NCBI GenBank assembly: GCA_964291265.2
Contig: OZ219747.1
Location: forward strand, 3,584,001 to 3,648,000
Origin: Alphaproteobacteria bacterium
Lineage (GTDB): Bacteria > Pseudomonadota > Alphaproteobacteria > SP197
Direction: 5' to 3'
Length of the DNA: 64,000 nt
The notes beneath the pieces were generated by a model, which was given only the letters and a program-made list of their open reading frames with translations, did no database searches and was not told the origin of the DNA. The position numbers and the translations under genes are program-made. Shown here piece by piece: positions 9,688-19,744 of the stretch (the stretch's first letter is position 1; each line of letters begins with the position of its first letter).

Positions 9688-10641
9688 ATGACCGGCGCGA
9701 TGCCCACCGGAGCGTCCGTATCCGTGAATCAGAAGGTCGCCGGCAACCTCGTGCTGGCGGTGGGGACCTCGGTGTGGGGGACGCACTTTCTCGTGACGGA
9801 CATCCTGCTTGCAGGGTGGGATCCCTATCTGCTGACCGCGGCCCGCCTGTTGTCGGCCACTGGATTCCTGCTGACCTTTCTCTCCCTGCAGTCCAGGGGA
9901 CGTCCCTTTGCCCGGGTTCCCTGGAAACCGGCGCTGCTGCTGGGGAGCGCCGGCATCGCCGTCTCGACAGTCCTTCTCACCCTTGGCGTGAAGTATGCCG
10001 GCGCCGTTCCAGCCTCCATCGTCGCCGCTGCCTCTCCGATCGTCGCCGCCTTTGTGGCACGAGCGGGTTTTGGCATTCCCCTGACGCTGGGCGTCGCATT
10101 CGGTGCGGTCATAGCCGTCACCGGGGGGATCGTCGCCGCCCTCGGATCAGCGGCAGGCGGGATCGGAACCGTTCGCGGCGGTGAACTGTTCATTCTTGCC
10201 GCCATCACGCTCTTCACCTGGTACTCCATAGGCGCCCAGCGCTGGCTGACGGGTCTCACGCAACTCGGCATCACTGCCATCACCATCATGATCGGTGCCC
10301 TGACCATGGTGGCCGCCCTGCCGGTTCTCGTCGGACTCGGAATTGCCGAAGCCCGTCTTGAGACCAGCTGGAGTTCGATTGCGTTCATACTCTATCTGGG
10401 AGCAGGTCCCGCCTCGTTCTCTCTCTTCACCTGGCATTGGGGAGTCAGTCGTATCGGTGTCACAGTTGCCTCGATCTACTCGAATCTGGTGCCAGTGGTG
10501 GTCGTGGCCATCCGCACACTGGAAGGCGTCCCGCCGACGACCGAGCACATGATCGGCGGCGTTCTCATCATCACCGGTGTCCTCGTCGCCCAGCTCCTCC
10601 CCTCCGGACGGTCGCGCCTTGCCCTCAGGCGTCAGGCATGA
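9688..10641 (+). CDS. DMT/EamA family transporter
   Basis: About 10 TM helices in two EamA repeats (VWGTHF, LTAARL, GELFILAA, IGGVLIITGV). Confidence 0.88.
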   Translation: MTGAMPTGASVSVNQKVAGNLVLAVGTSVWGTHFLVTDILLAGWDPYLLTAARLLSATGFLLTFLSLQSRGRPFARVPWKPALLLGSAGIAVSTVLLTLGVKYAGAVPASIVAAASPIVAAFVARAGFGIPLTLGVAFGAVIAVTGGIVAALGSAAGGIGTVRGGELFILAAITLFTWYSIGAQRWLTGLTQLGITAITIMIGALTMVAALPVLVGLGIAEARLETSWSSIAFILYLGAGPASFSLFTWHWGVSRIGVTVASIYSNLVPVVVVAIRTLEGVPPTTEHMIGGVLIITGVLVAQLLPSGRSRLALRRQA

Positions 10642-11834
10642 CGGATCGACGCCCCGTCAGGGTGGTGGCCCTCGTCAGTCTCGGGCACCTGATGAATCAC
10701 CTTGTCGTCATGGTTGTGCCACCGCTCGTCGTCACATGGGTCGAGGCCTTTGCCATCGACTACACGGCGATCGGCGTCATCATGGCGGTGACTGCCATCA
10801 CGTCAGCCGTGTCCGTTGTTCCGGTCGGCATTCTCACTGACCGGGTGCCGGCGCGCCATGTCCTGATTGCCGGACTCCTTGTCCTGTCGCTTTCGGTGAT
10901 CGGACTTGGGCTCAGCCAGAGCTACTTCGAACTTCTTGTCTGGGCCGCGTTCATGGGGCTTGGCAACACTGTTTTCCATCCATGCGGCTACACCATCCTG
11001 TCAGCCGGTGTACCCAAACAGTGGCTCGGGCGCGCCTTCAGCGTTCACACCTTTGCCGGCTATGCGGGCTTCGCCCTGACGCCGGCCTTCATGGGGCTGG
11101 CGGTTCTCTACTGGGACTGGAGGAGCGCTCTCATCGCCATGGGTCTCGCCGGATTCGCCGTGGCTGCCGTCATGACCCTGCACCGCGACATTCTTGTCGA
11201 TGGCAGGGGAAGCGACACCGGCGGCAGGGACCGGCGCCGGGAGAACAAGGCCACCCTTCTCACCCTGCCGGTTCAGATGTGCTTCGCCTTCTTCTTCCTG
11301 ACAACCATCGCCTACTGGGGATTTGACAGTTTCCTGCCGGCATCGCTCTTCGAACATCACGGCATTCCCGAGACACTGGGCACATTCGCTCTGACGGTCT
11401 TCTTCGGGTTTTCCGCCTTCGGCATCCTCATTGGCGGAGTGATCGCCGACCGCACGACCCGGCACGACCTGACAGCCACCTGCGGCTTCGTCATTGCCGC
11501 CACGTGCATGTTCCTCATCGGTGATGTCGCCGGTGGCACGGGCACGATTTTCGTCCTGATTGCCATGGCCGGCCTCGGTGCCGGTGTGGTGACGCCATCG
11601 CGCGATCTCATCGTGCGCCGGGTGACACCGACTTCGGAAACCGGCAAGGTGTTCGCGTTCATGACCCTTGGCATGGATGCCGGCACCTTCATCGCTCCGC
11701 CCCTGTTCGGCATTCTCATGGACGGGGGGCATGTGGTGTGGTTGTTCCGCCTTGCCGCGATCATGCTGATCTGCTCGGTGCTGACGGTGACGGCCACGCG
11801 ACACATTCACAGACACAGGGGAGTACCGGCATGA
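10638..11834 (+). CDS. MFS transporter (Fsr-like)
   Basis: About 12 TM; motif A variants GILTDRVPAR and GGVIADR; GLGNTVFHP; ATGA overlap with upstream gene. Confidence 0.9.
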   Translation: MTDRRPVRVVALVSLGHLMNHLVVMVVPPLVVTWVEAFAIDYTAIGVIMAVTAITSAVSVVPVGILTDRVPARHVLIAGLLVLSLSVIGLGLSQSYFELLVWAAFMGLGNTVFHPCGYTILSAGVPKQWLGRAFSVHTFAGYAGFALTPAFMGLAVLYWDWRSALIAMGLAGFAVAAVMTLHRDILVDGRGSDTGGRDRRRENKATLLTLPVQMCFAFFFLTTIAYWGFDSFLPASLFEHHGIPETLGTFALTVFFGFSAFGILIGGVIADRTTRHDLTATCGFVIAATCMFLIGDVAGGTGTIFVLIAMAGLGAGVVTPSRDLIVRRVTPTSETGKVFAFMTLGMDAGTFIAPPLFGILMDGGHVVWLFRLAAIMLICSVLTVTATRHIHRHRGVPA

Positions 11835-12622
11835 CACCTCGGCAAGTGGAAAAGGCCGCTACCATGCTGATCAGGGCGCGGGACGCCGGAGGCGCGGTCC
11901 CCCGTTTGCCGGCGGACCTGCGGCCCGTCACGATGCAGGACGGCTATGCGATCCAGGACGAGGTCATCCGCCAGCGCGCCGCCAACGGGATGGAGCAGGC
12001 GGGGTGGAAGGTCGGCTGCACGTCGAAGGTCATGCAGGACATGCTGGGACTCGACGAACCGGGCGCCGGCGCCGTGCTCGCCGTAAACCACCACACCACA
12101 CCGGCACGCCAGGAGGCCGCCGGCCTGACCAGTCCCGTGGCCGAATGCGAGATCGCCGTGCGCATGGGCAGGGATGTGGAACCGCGGGAAGGTGGGCACG
12201 ACCGCACGACGGTTGCCGGATGTATCGAATCCTGCATGGCAGCGATCGAACTGGCCGAACTGCGACTTCCGGAACACGCCGACATGGCACCGGCGGAAAA
12301 GGTGGCTGACGATTTCTTCCAGAAACTGATCGTCACGGGCGAGGAAGTCGTCCGGTGGCAGGCGCTTGACCTCGCCGCGCTCCGTGCAACCACCACTGTC
12401 TCGGGTGTGGTGCGGGGCGAGGGATTCGGGGAGGCCAGCCTGGGACATCCCCTCAACACCGTGGCATGGCTCGCCAACTGTCTGGCAGATCGCGGAATCA
12501 GGCTTCTGGCCGGTCAGGTCGTGCTCACGGGATCACTGGTCGAAGCCATCCTCGTCGACGAGGGAGACGACATCCTCTGCGCCGTCGAGGGTCTTGGCGA
12601 GGTCCGCCTCACCGTGGTCTGA
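11831..12622 (+). CDS. 2-keto-4-pentenoate hydratase-like protein (FAH superfamily)
   Basis: DGYAIQ, GWKVGCTS, ECEIAV, AIELAE, GHPLNTVAWLAN, GQVVLTGS. Confidence 0.85.
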   Translation: MTPRQVEKAATMLIRARDAGGAVPRLPADLRPVTMQDGYAIQDEVIRQRAANGMEQAGWKVGCTSKVMQDMLGLDEPGAGAVLAVNHHTTPARQEAAGLTSPVAECEIAVRMGRDVEPREGGHDRTTVAGCIESCMAAIELAELRLPEHADMAPAEKVADDFFQKLIVTGEEVVRWQALDLAALRATTTVSGVVRGEGFGEASLGHPLNTVAWLANCLADRGIRLLAGQVVLTGSLVEAILVDEGDDILCAVEGLGEVRLTVV

Positions 12623-12623
12623 C

Positions 12624-13421
12624 ATGGCTGATCTCCGCTCCTGGGAGACTCTCACCTCTCCTGAGTTGCAGCGGTTGGCCGGCGGCAGATGCGTGGCCGT
12701 TCTGGCCATGGGGGCAACGGAACAGCACGGATCCCACCTGCCGCTCGGCACCGACACCATGATTGCCAAGGGCCTGGTCGACCGGGCGCAGCGGCATGTC
12801 GACTCTTCCGGCACGGTCCTGGTGCTGCCCCCTCTCGCCATCGGCAGGAGCAGCGAACACACGTCGTTTCCGGGAACATTTGCCCACGAACCGGAAACCC
12901 TGCTGAACATGGTAAGGCAGATCGGCGCCGGCCTTGCGGCCAACTGCATTCACCGCCTGGTGATCGTCAATGCCCATGGCGGCCAGACGCAGATCGTTGA
13001 TCTGGCGGCGCAGGATCTGAGAGACCGTCACGGCATGCTGGTGGTACGGGCCAACTACATGACCTGGCCCCTTCTCCCTCACCTCGCCGGTCTCGACCCC
13101 GGGGGACACCATGGAGGCATGATGGAAACCGCCATCATGCTCGCCCTCCACCCGGATCTCGTCGACATGACGAAAGCCGGCACCTTCCCCTCGGTGGCAA
13201 CATCGCTGGCCGCCCGGCACCGGAGATTTGGCCACGGCGGCCGGCTCGGCTTTGCCTGGCGGGCCGAGGATCTCAACCCCGAAGGGGTCGCCGGCAGGGC
13301 CGGAGAGGCGACAGTGACACTTGGCGAGGAGTTTCTGGACCATTTCGGGCAGATGCTCGGCGAACTCATCTCGGACGCTCTCGATATCGACCGCCGCGAG
13401 GTGTTCGGATCCGGTCACTGA
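12624..13421 (+). CDS. Creatininase family protein
   Basis: GATEQHGSHLPLGTD, SSEHTSFPGT, VNAHGG, HHGGMMET. Confidence 0.9.
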   Translation: MADLRSWETLTSPELQRLAGGRCVAVLAMGATEQHGSHLPLGTDTMIAKGLVDRAQRHVDSSGTVLVLPPLAIGRSSEHTSFPGTFAHEPETLLNMVRQIGAGLAANCIHRLVIVNAHGGQTQIVDLAAQDLRDRHGMLVVRANYMTWPLLPHLAGLDPGGHHGGMMETAIMLALHPDLVDMTKAGTFPSVATSLAARHRRFGHGGRLGFAWRAEDLNPEGVAGRAGEATVTLGEEFLDHFGQMLGELISDALDIDRREVFGSGH

Positions 13422-13444
13422 TCATCGAAGGAAGGAGGCACCCC

Positions 13445-14614
13445 ATGGACATGGCATTCACGCACGAAGACCACGACATCCGTGAACGGGCACGCAGCTT
13501 TGCCCGCCAGCATCTCTGGCCCCACGAAATCGCACTCGACGAGAACGGTTCACTCGAGGAAGCCACGGAAGCCGGAATACGCCAGGGGGTCCTCGACTAC
13601 CGTCTCAACGCCATCAACCACGATCTCGAGCATGGTGGCCAGGGCATGACAATCGTTCAGCAGTGCATCGTCAACGAGGAGGTCGGATCGGCAACCAATG
13701 GCCTCTGGGGGCGGGTCTGGCAGCCACCCATCTGCCTCAAGCAGGGAACGGCCGATCAGATTGCCGCCTATCTGGTGCCGGCATGCCGTGGCGACATCAC
13801 GGTGTCGTTTTGCGTCACGGAACCAGGCGCCGGCTCGGATGCAGGCGGCATCAGGACAGCGGCTCGCCTCGACGGAAACCACTATGTCATCAACGGCGAA
13901 AAGTGCTTCGCCAGCCACTCCGACAGCGCCGAGGCCAATCTCGTCACCACAGTCATGGACGGCGACCCGACACGCCCGACCCTGTTTCTCATCGACAAGG
14001 GAACCAAGGGGTTCGACATGCGGCGCATGCCCCGATTCTCCCAGCGCTCGGGTCACGAACACCCCGAGGTCGAACTTGTTGACGTGCGTATTCCGGCGAC
14101 ACAGATGCTGGGTGAAGTCGGCGAAGGATTCGAACTCACCAAGGACTGGTTCGTCGAGGCCCGCCTGGCGATAGCGGCGCGCAGTATCGGCATGGCGATC
14201 CGCGCCTCGGAACTCGCACTTGCATGGGCCCGCGAGCGCCGACAGTTCGGACGGGCCATCATCGAGTTCCAGGGAATCGGATTCATGTTCGCCGAGATGG
14301 CGACGGAGATCATGGCCGGCAAGTCGATGATCTACCGCACCGCCCAGGAGATCGACTCCGGCATCGACCGCCGGACGGCCCATGCCAGGGCAAGCGCCAT
14401 CAAGTACTACTGTTCGGAGGCCGCATTCCGGGTCGTCGACCGTGCGGCACAGATCTTCGGAGGGCGCGGCATGATGTGCGAGAATCCCGTCGAGCGGTTG
14501 ACCCGCGATGTCCGTCTCGAACGAATCTGGGAAGGCACCTCCGAGATCCAGAAGGTCATCATGGCAGGCCAGATCATGAAGCGCGGCCTCGATGCCTACA
14601 CCGGCTGGACCTGA
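13445..14614 (+). CDS. Acyl-CoA dehydrogenase family protein
   Basis: FCVTEPGAGSD, INGEKCF, RRQFGRAI, QIFGGRG, RIWEGTSEIQ (catalytic Glu). Confidence 0.93.
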   Translation: MDMAFTHEDHDIRERARSFARQHLWPHEIALDENGSLEEATEAGIRQGVLDYRLNAINHDLEHGGQGMTIVQQCIVNEEVGSATNGLWGRVWQPPICLKQGTADQIAAYLVPACRGDITVSFCVTEPGAGSDAGGIRTAARLDGNHYVINGEKCFASHSDSAEANLVTTVMDGDPTRPTLFLIDKGTKGFDMRRMPRFSQRSGHEHPEVELVDVRIPATQMLGEVGEGFELTKDWFVEARLAIAARSIGMAIRASELALAWARERRQFGRAIIEFQGIGFMFAEMATEIMAGKSMIYRTAQEIDSGIDRRTAHARASAIKYYCSEAAFRVVDRAAQIFGGRGMMCENPVERLTRDVRLERIWEGTSEIQKVIMAGQIMKRGLDAYTGWT

Positions 14615-14615
14615 C

Positions 14616-15866
14616 ATGCGTCAGCCGCGGTCCCTCGGCGAAATCGTCGACCACGGTCTGTGCCTGGGTTGCGGCCTGTGCGAGGCCATCGCCGGCCGGG
14701 ACAGGGTTGCGATGGATTGGGTTGATCCGCCGGGGCGTCTGCGCCCGGTCATCCGCCAGCGCCTGGACGAGGCAAGCGAACGCACCATTCTCGAAACCTG
14801 CCCCGGCATGCGGCTTGACGGCGCCCCCGATCCTCTGCAGCACCGCGGCGCGGTGGCCGTGGATCCAACATTCGGACCCCTTGTCCGTGTCTGGAAGGGT
14901 CACGCCCGTGAGCCCACCATCCGTCACCTGGCGTCTTCGGGTGGAGCGCTGACAGCCCTTGCCATCCACCTCCTCGAGAGTGGCGCGGTCGACATCATCA
15001 GCCACGTCAGGGCCGACGAGAACCGCCCCATGCGTTCCCGCAGCCATGTCTCGCGGACACGCGATGACGTGCTGGCGGCAGCGGGATCGCGCTATGGTCC
15101 GGTGGCGCCCCTCAACCACTTCACGGAACTCCTTGACGAGGGCCGCTCCTTTGCCGTCATCGGCAAGCCCTGCGACATCTCCGGGGTTCACAATTACGCC
15201 CGGCACGACCCCAGGGTCGGCGAACTGGTCCATGCGACACTGGCGTTTTCCTGCGGCACATTTGCCGACCTCGACTGTTCCCGCCAGATGCTCGAACGCG
15301 TCGGGTTCCCGGGAGGCGCCGAGGGTGAGGAGAACCTCTCGCTCTTTCGTTACCGCGGTTACGGCTGTCCCGGCCCCACGCAGGCGGTTGATTTCGACGG
15401 CAGGGTCCATGACGAGGACTATCTCGATTTCTGGTACGGCCCGCAGGGCTGGACGTTCCAGTTCCGCTGCCGGATCTGCGCCGATCCCACCGGAGAAACG
15501 GCGGACATCACGGTTGCGGATGCCTGGCCCGGCGGAGTTCCGGAAAGGAATGAGGAGGATGGATGGAGCACGTTCATCAGTCGCACTGGCCGAGGCGATG
15601 CCCTGATGCAGGAGGCCATCGATGCCGGCGTCCTCGTCGTCGAGGAGCACGACATCTCTCTCATGCACGAGGTCCAGCCCCACCAGGTGGAGAAGAAACA
15701 GGCCATCAACGCCCGCTTGAAGGCCATGGCTGAAGAGGGGTGCGTCATGCCCGAGTTCCGCAACCTCAATCTCGATGAGGCAGCGGCTCAGCGCGACAGC
15801 GCCTTCCACAGGTCCAACCGGGTCGGCATGCGCCAACGGCTCGCCCGGGGTCTGAACAGGGAGTAA
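14616..15866 (+). CDS. FrhB/FdhB family (coenzyme F420 hydrogenase beta-like) Fe-S flavoprotein
   Basis: CLGCGLC, SSGGALTAL, GSRYGP, GKPCD, RYRGYGCPG, RCRICADPTGE.ADITVADAW. Confidence 0.88.
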   Translation: MRQPRSLGEIVDHGLCLGCGLCEAIAGRDRVAMDWVDPPGRLRPVIRQRLDEASERTILETCPGMRLDGAPDPLQHRGAVAVDPTFGPLVRVWKGHAREPTIRHLASSGGALTALAIHLLESGAVDIISHVRADENRPMRSRSHVSRTRDDVLAAAGSRYGPVAPLNHFTELLDEGRSFAVIGKPCDISGVHNYARHDPRVGELVHATLAFSCGTFADLDCSRQMLERVGFPGGAEGEENLSLFRYRGYGCPGPTQAVDFDGRVHDEDYLDFWYGPQGWTFQFRCRICADPTGETADITVADAWPGGVPERNEEDGWSTFISRTGRGDALMQEAIDAGVLVVEEHDISLMHEVQPHQVEKKQAINARLKAMAEEGCVMPEFRNLNLDEAAAQRDSAFHRSNRVGMRQRLARGLNRE

Positions 15867-15875
15867 AAACGTCGG

Positions 15876-16661
15876 ATGGTCCCCTCCTCCATCTTCCGCC
15901 CCGGTCTCCTTGACGGGAGCCACGTGTTCATCACCGGCGGCGGCACGGGCATCGGTTTCGGCTGCGCCCGGGAGCTCGGCCAGCTTGGCGCGAAGGTCAC
16001 GGTCGCCGCGCGCCGGCGGCAGGTTCTCGAGGAGGCATGCAGTGAACTGACCGGACAGGGCATTGATGCCGCCTTCCAGGTCCTTGACATCCGCGACAAC
16101 CCGGCCTGCGAGGAAGCCCTCCGGACCACCATCAAGGAGCGCGGTCTGCCCGACCATCTCGTCAACAACGCCGGTGGCCAGTTCTCGGCCAGAGCGCAGG
16201 ACATCTCGGCCAACGGCTTCCGGGCCGTGATGGATCTCAACGTCCAGGGCACCTGGCAGATGAGCAGCGCCTTTGCCCGGGCGCATCGCGACAGCGGTAC
16301 ACCGGGCCGCATCATCAATATCGTTTTCGCCCACACGGGCGCGATGGAGCGTTTCGCCCACGGCGCGGCGGCCCGCGCCGCGGTCGTCAACCTGACGCGC
16401 ACCCTGGCTCTCGAATGGAGCGATCACCGGATCCTCGTCAACGCGGTGGGACCCGGTGCGGTCATGACCGAGGGCATGCGCCAGTACGACGCATCCGACA
16501 GCGGCGAGACGGCGAGACGGACCTTTCCGGTGCCGCGTCTCGGCACGCCCGACGACATCGCCTGGATGGTTGCCTATCTCCTGTCTGCCGCCGGCGACTG
16601 GATCACCGGCAGCACCTTCATCATCGACGGTGGCGCCAGTCTCGGGCGCCGCGAGCGATGA
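15876..16661 (+). CDS. SDR oxidoreductase (2,4-dienoyl-CoA/enoyl-CoA reductase-like)
   Basis: ITGGGTGIG, LVNNAGGQF, HGAAARAAV, VNAVGPG, ITGSTFIIDGG. Confidence 0.88.
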   Translation: MVPSSIFRPGLLDGSHVFITGGGTGIGFGCARELGQLGAKVTVAARRRQVLEEACSELTGQGIDAAFQVLDIRDNPACEEALRTTIKERGLPDHLVNNAGGQFSARAQDISANGFRAVMDLNVQGTWQMSSAFARAHRDSGTPGRIINIVFAHTGAMERFAHGAAARAAVVNLTRTLALEWSDHRILVNAVGPGAVMTEGMRQYDASDSGETARRTFPVPRLGTPDDIAWMVAYLLSAAGDWITGSTFIIDGGASLGRRER

Positions 16662-16737
16662 CGAACCCTGCCGGGATCTCACTGGCAGGAGACTCTGCCT
16701 CTACGTGGCCGACGGCAGCATGCTGCTTGGCATGACT

Positions 16738-16814
16738 GTTGATGCCGAAGGCATCAACGCCACGCTCCCGCAACAGCAACGAGCTACCCCCGGCAGCCGG
16801 TCACTGCCGGGGGT
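16738..16814. terminator. Two perfect hairpins between convergent genes (probable terminator or stability elements)
   Basis: GTTGATGCC-GAA-GGCATCAAC (16738-16758) and ACCCCCGGCAG-N7-CTGCCGGGGGT (16786-16814); no clear U-tract. Confidence 0.45.
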
Positions 16815-16877
16815 GATGTCTGACAGCCGGTCATCGTTGTCACGTCGGCGCTGACGATGTCCGGCCGGGCCATGGTG

Positions 16878-18479
16878 TTATGCTGCGGGATCGTGGAACC
16901 ACCAACGCTCCAGGCACTTGATGCCGTCGAGATCCCAGGCTGCCGACATGCGCCGGTGCGCGATGTTGTCGCTGACCGCGAAGACGTAGTTGGAGAAGAT
17001 CGGAGCCACCACGCCCCCGTCATCGCTGCACAGTTGCTGCATCTCGTGGTACATCTCCCGCCTGAGTTCGGTGTCGAGTTCCGCCCTGGCACGTGTCAGG
17101 AGTTCGTTGAATCGCGGGTTGTCCCAGTGGGTCTCGTTCCACGGGGCACCGGCCGCATAGGTCTGTGAAAACACCCAGTCCTCGGTAACCCGTCCACTCC
17201 AGTAGGACGCCACCCAGGGCTCGACGTTCCAGACATCCGACCAGTAGCCGTCGTTGGGTTCGCGGGTGACATCGATCGTGATTCCGGCGGCAGCAGCGTG
17301 CTGCTGGTAGAGAACAGCTCCATCCGTGGCGCCGGCAAAGGCGGTCTCCGCCACATTGAGCGGCACCGTGATCTCCGTCAGACCGGCCTTGCCGAGATGG
17401 TGTTTGGCCCTGTCCGGATCGTAGACGCGCTGAGGCAGATCCTCGGCAAAGTACCGGTTGGACCGGCCGATGGGATGATCGTTTCCGACATAGCCATGAC
17501 CGTTCAGCAGCTTGGTGAGAAGCTCCTCGCGATCGATGGCGTACTTCAACGCCAGTCGGACATCGGGATCGTCGAATGGCGCACGGTCGCACATCATCGA
17601 ATAGACATAGTGCAAGGTGCCCTGGGTCTCTTCCAGACGTACGCCCGGGGCAGCGTCGAGAAGGTCTGCAGTCTTCAGGTCGACCCGGTCAATCACGTGG
17701 ACCGTACCGGACGTCAGGGCCGATGTACGGGCGGTCACGTCGATGGTCGACAGCACCTCGGCCTCGTCGAAGAAAGCCTGGCCTGCCTTCCAGTAGTTGG
17801 GATTGCGCGTCAGGAACGACCGTACGCCCGGCTCGAACTCGTTGAGAACAAAGCCGCCCGTTCCATCGCCCGATTGCCAGTCGAGAACACCGTCGACGAC
17901 GGGACAGATCGCGATATGGTAGTCGCTGAGCAGGAACGGGAAGTCCGCATTCCCCTCGCTCAGTTCGAAGGTGACGGTGTCCTTGCTGTCCGCCTTCATG
18001 TTGACGATGGATGACAGGATGCCCTTGGCGGGCGACGCCGAATTCTCGCCGGTATGGTGGGCAACCGATGCGATCACATCGTCCGCATCAAGCGTCTTGC
18101 CGCTGTGAAACTCGACACCCCGACGCAGCTTGAAGGTCCAGTTTGCCGCATCCGGAGTCGATTCCCAACTCTCGGCAAGTTCACCGATCAGTTCATCTTC
18201 GTTGGAAACTTCGGTGAGGCAGTTGCGAAAACCGAATCCTACAACCTGCATGTAAGTGTCGTTGTAGGTCGCGGGATCCACCGAATCGGTCGTCGATCCC
18301 AGACCGAGGGCGACGCGGATCCGGCCGCCCATCTGCGGTTCGTCAGCCGCGGCCGCCCGAGTGGCCAACGCGGTCGCGGCGGGCACCGCCACACCACACG
18401 CCAAGGCGTGTGCCATGAAGTCCCGTCGATCGATGCAGCCCCGCCTGAGCAGGTCCAGTTCGCGTTCGAATGATCTCAT
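16878..18479 (-). CDS. ABC transporter substrate-binding protein, family 5 (peptide/nickel type), Tat-exported
   Basis: IDRRDFM Tat motif; LAESWE..WTFKLRRGVEFHSGK.LDADDV, GTGGF, NPNYWK, DVRLALKYAIDR. Confidence 0.92.
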   Translation of the reverse strand: MRSFERELDLLRRGCIDRRDFMAHALACGVAVPAATALATRAAAADEPQMGGRIRVALGLGSTTDSVDPATYNDTYMQVVGFGFRNCLTEVSNEDELIGELAESWESTPDAANWTFKLRRGVEFHSGKTLDADDVIASVAHHTGENSASPAKGILSSIVNMKADSKDTVTFELSEGNADFPFLLSDYHIAICPVVDGVLDWQSGDGTGGFVLNEFEPGVRSFLTRNPNYWKAGQAFFDEAEVLSTIDVTARTSALTSGTVHVIDRVDLKTADLLDAAPGVRLEETQGTLHYVYSMMCDRAPFDDPDVRLALKYAIDREELLTKLLNGHGYVGNDHPIGRSNRYFAEDLPQRVYDPDRAKHHLGKAGLTEITVPLNVAETAFAGATDGAVLYQQHAAAAGITIDVTREPNDGYWSDVWNVEPWVASYWSGRVTEDWVFSQTYAAGAPWNETHWDNPRFNELLTRARAELDTELRREMYHEMQQLCSDDGGVVAPIFSNYVFAVSDNIAHRRMSAAWDLDGIKCLERWWFHDPAA

Positions 18480-18757
18480 CGTCTCCTCCGTGTCATCTGG
18501 TAGGTTGGACCGTCAAACCGAGTACGCTCATTCTTCACGCCGTGTTCCGCGCCCCCGGACCGGGATGAGTGCAAGGAACTGCCGGCGAGCCAGGCGCGAG
18601 GTGCCGGTTCCTCTTGCGCATGTTTGTCCGTCGGGGTGTTGTGGTCCACGCCGCTGACCGGAAACCGCCCGGCGTGGTCGCGACACGATTGCTCCATGCC
18701 CAGACATCGGCATTTGCGCAAGGCCAGCCTCGCCGGCAATGCTGCGCGTCAGATGTC

Positions 18758-19660
18758 TCACGATCCAGGCTCCTCTGCGCCAGACCGGTCACGTCTCAAG
18801 GCCTGACACAGACAATGGACACCGCCACCGCCCAGCGTGAACATGGACATGTCCGGATCGAACACCTCGAAACCCATCGCCCGCAACCGGTCGTTCAGCA
18901 CGGCACTGTGCTGCATCGACAGGATCCTGTCGTTGCCCAGGGCCACCAGGTTGACGCCGAGGTTCTTGGCCTCCCGGTATCCCACATCGACAAACTCGAA
19001 CCCTCTGCCGCGCAACCAGGCGACGAGCCAGTCCTCCAGGGCGTCGAGGCAGGAAACCAAGAGTCCGGACGCCAGCGGAACGACGAGTCCGTCCATGTGG
19101 ACGAACTCGCGCGATATCGGCGCCACCTGCGCTTCCCATCCTTCCTGGCGCACCCAGTCGGCAACCTGCTCGGCGCCTTCCTTCTCCGAGCGCTCGCCGC
19201 AGTAGCCGATCAGCACACAGCCGGGTCTCAGGATGACAAAGTCACCTCCCTCGAAATGACCGGCTGTCACGAGACGCCAGATCGGAATGTCGTTGTCCTG
19301 GTAGAATCTGATGGCCGTCACGTAATCGGCGCGCCTGCACTTCAACTGCATGTGGCAGATCAGCGCACCCCAGGGTGTCATCGCGCTTGAATCGCGGGCA
19401 AAGAAGTTCCGATGCAGCACCTCGTCGGAATCGAGGTAGTGGCAGGTCACGCCCGCTTCCTCGTAGATGCGGACCATCTCGGCATGCTGCGCCATGGCTG
19501 TCTGAAGATTGAAGGCGAGGCCGGTATGGCCCTGGTTCTGCAGGGTGCGCTGCGTGATCGGACCGGCGTCAACCCAGCGGAAGTACTCGGGACGGCCGAG
19601 CAGGACATCGCGCAAGGGACCGTAGTCGTTGTCGATACCCCAGGCTGCGGCGTGCGTCAT
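18758..19660 (-). CDS. Amidinotransferase/dimethylarginine dimethylaminohydrolase family protein
   Basis: FFARDS, FEGGD, FVHMD, GGGGVHCLCQ (catalytic Asp/His/Cys of penteins). Confidence 0.88.
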   Translation of the reverse strand: MTHAAAWGIDNDYGPLRDVLLGRPEYFRWVDAGPITQRTLQNQGHTGLAFNLQTAMAQHAEMVRIYEEAGVTCHYLDSDEVLHRNFFARDSSAMTPWGALICHMQLKCRRADYVTAIRFYQDNDIPIWRLVTAGHFEGGDFVILRPGCVLIGYCGERSEKEGAEQVADWVRQEGWEAQVAPISREFVHMDGLVVPLASGLLVSCLDALEDWLVAWLRGRGFEFVDVGYREAKNLGVNLVALGNDRILSMQHSAVLNDRLRAMGFEVFDPDMSMFTLGGGGVHCLCQALRRDRSGAEEPGS

Positions 19661-19744
19661 GGCACCCACCCGTCGCTGTTCTTGTGTGGCGTTGATCCTG
19701 CGATCACTTTCAGTTAGATAAAATATCAAATGAAGAATGATAAT
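19661..19744. promoter_or_regulatory. AT-rich divergent promoter region, likely LysR operator
   Basis: Short AT-rich spacer (TTTCAGTTAGATAAAATATCAAATGAAGAATGATAAT) between a divergent LysR and hydrolase in otherwise GC-rich DNA. Confidence 0.5.

Noticed and set aside
14616-15866. F420-reducing hydrogenase or methanogenesis
   Set aside because: No NiFe large/small subunits or maturation genes; bacterial catabolic context.
14574-16682. Long antisense or alternate-frame ORFs (also 2657-4204, 36887-38590, 45204-46973, 46868-48607, 59261-60871)
   Set aside because: Shadow ORFs expected in high-GC DNA; they overlap well-supported genes and carry no recognisable motifs.
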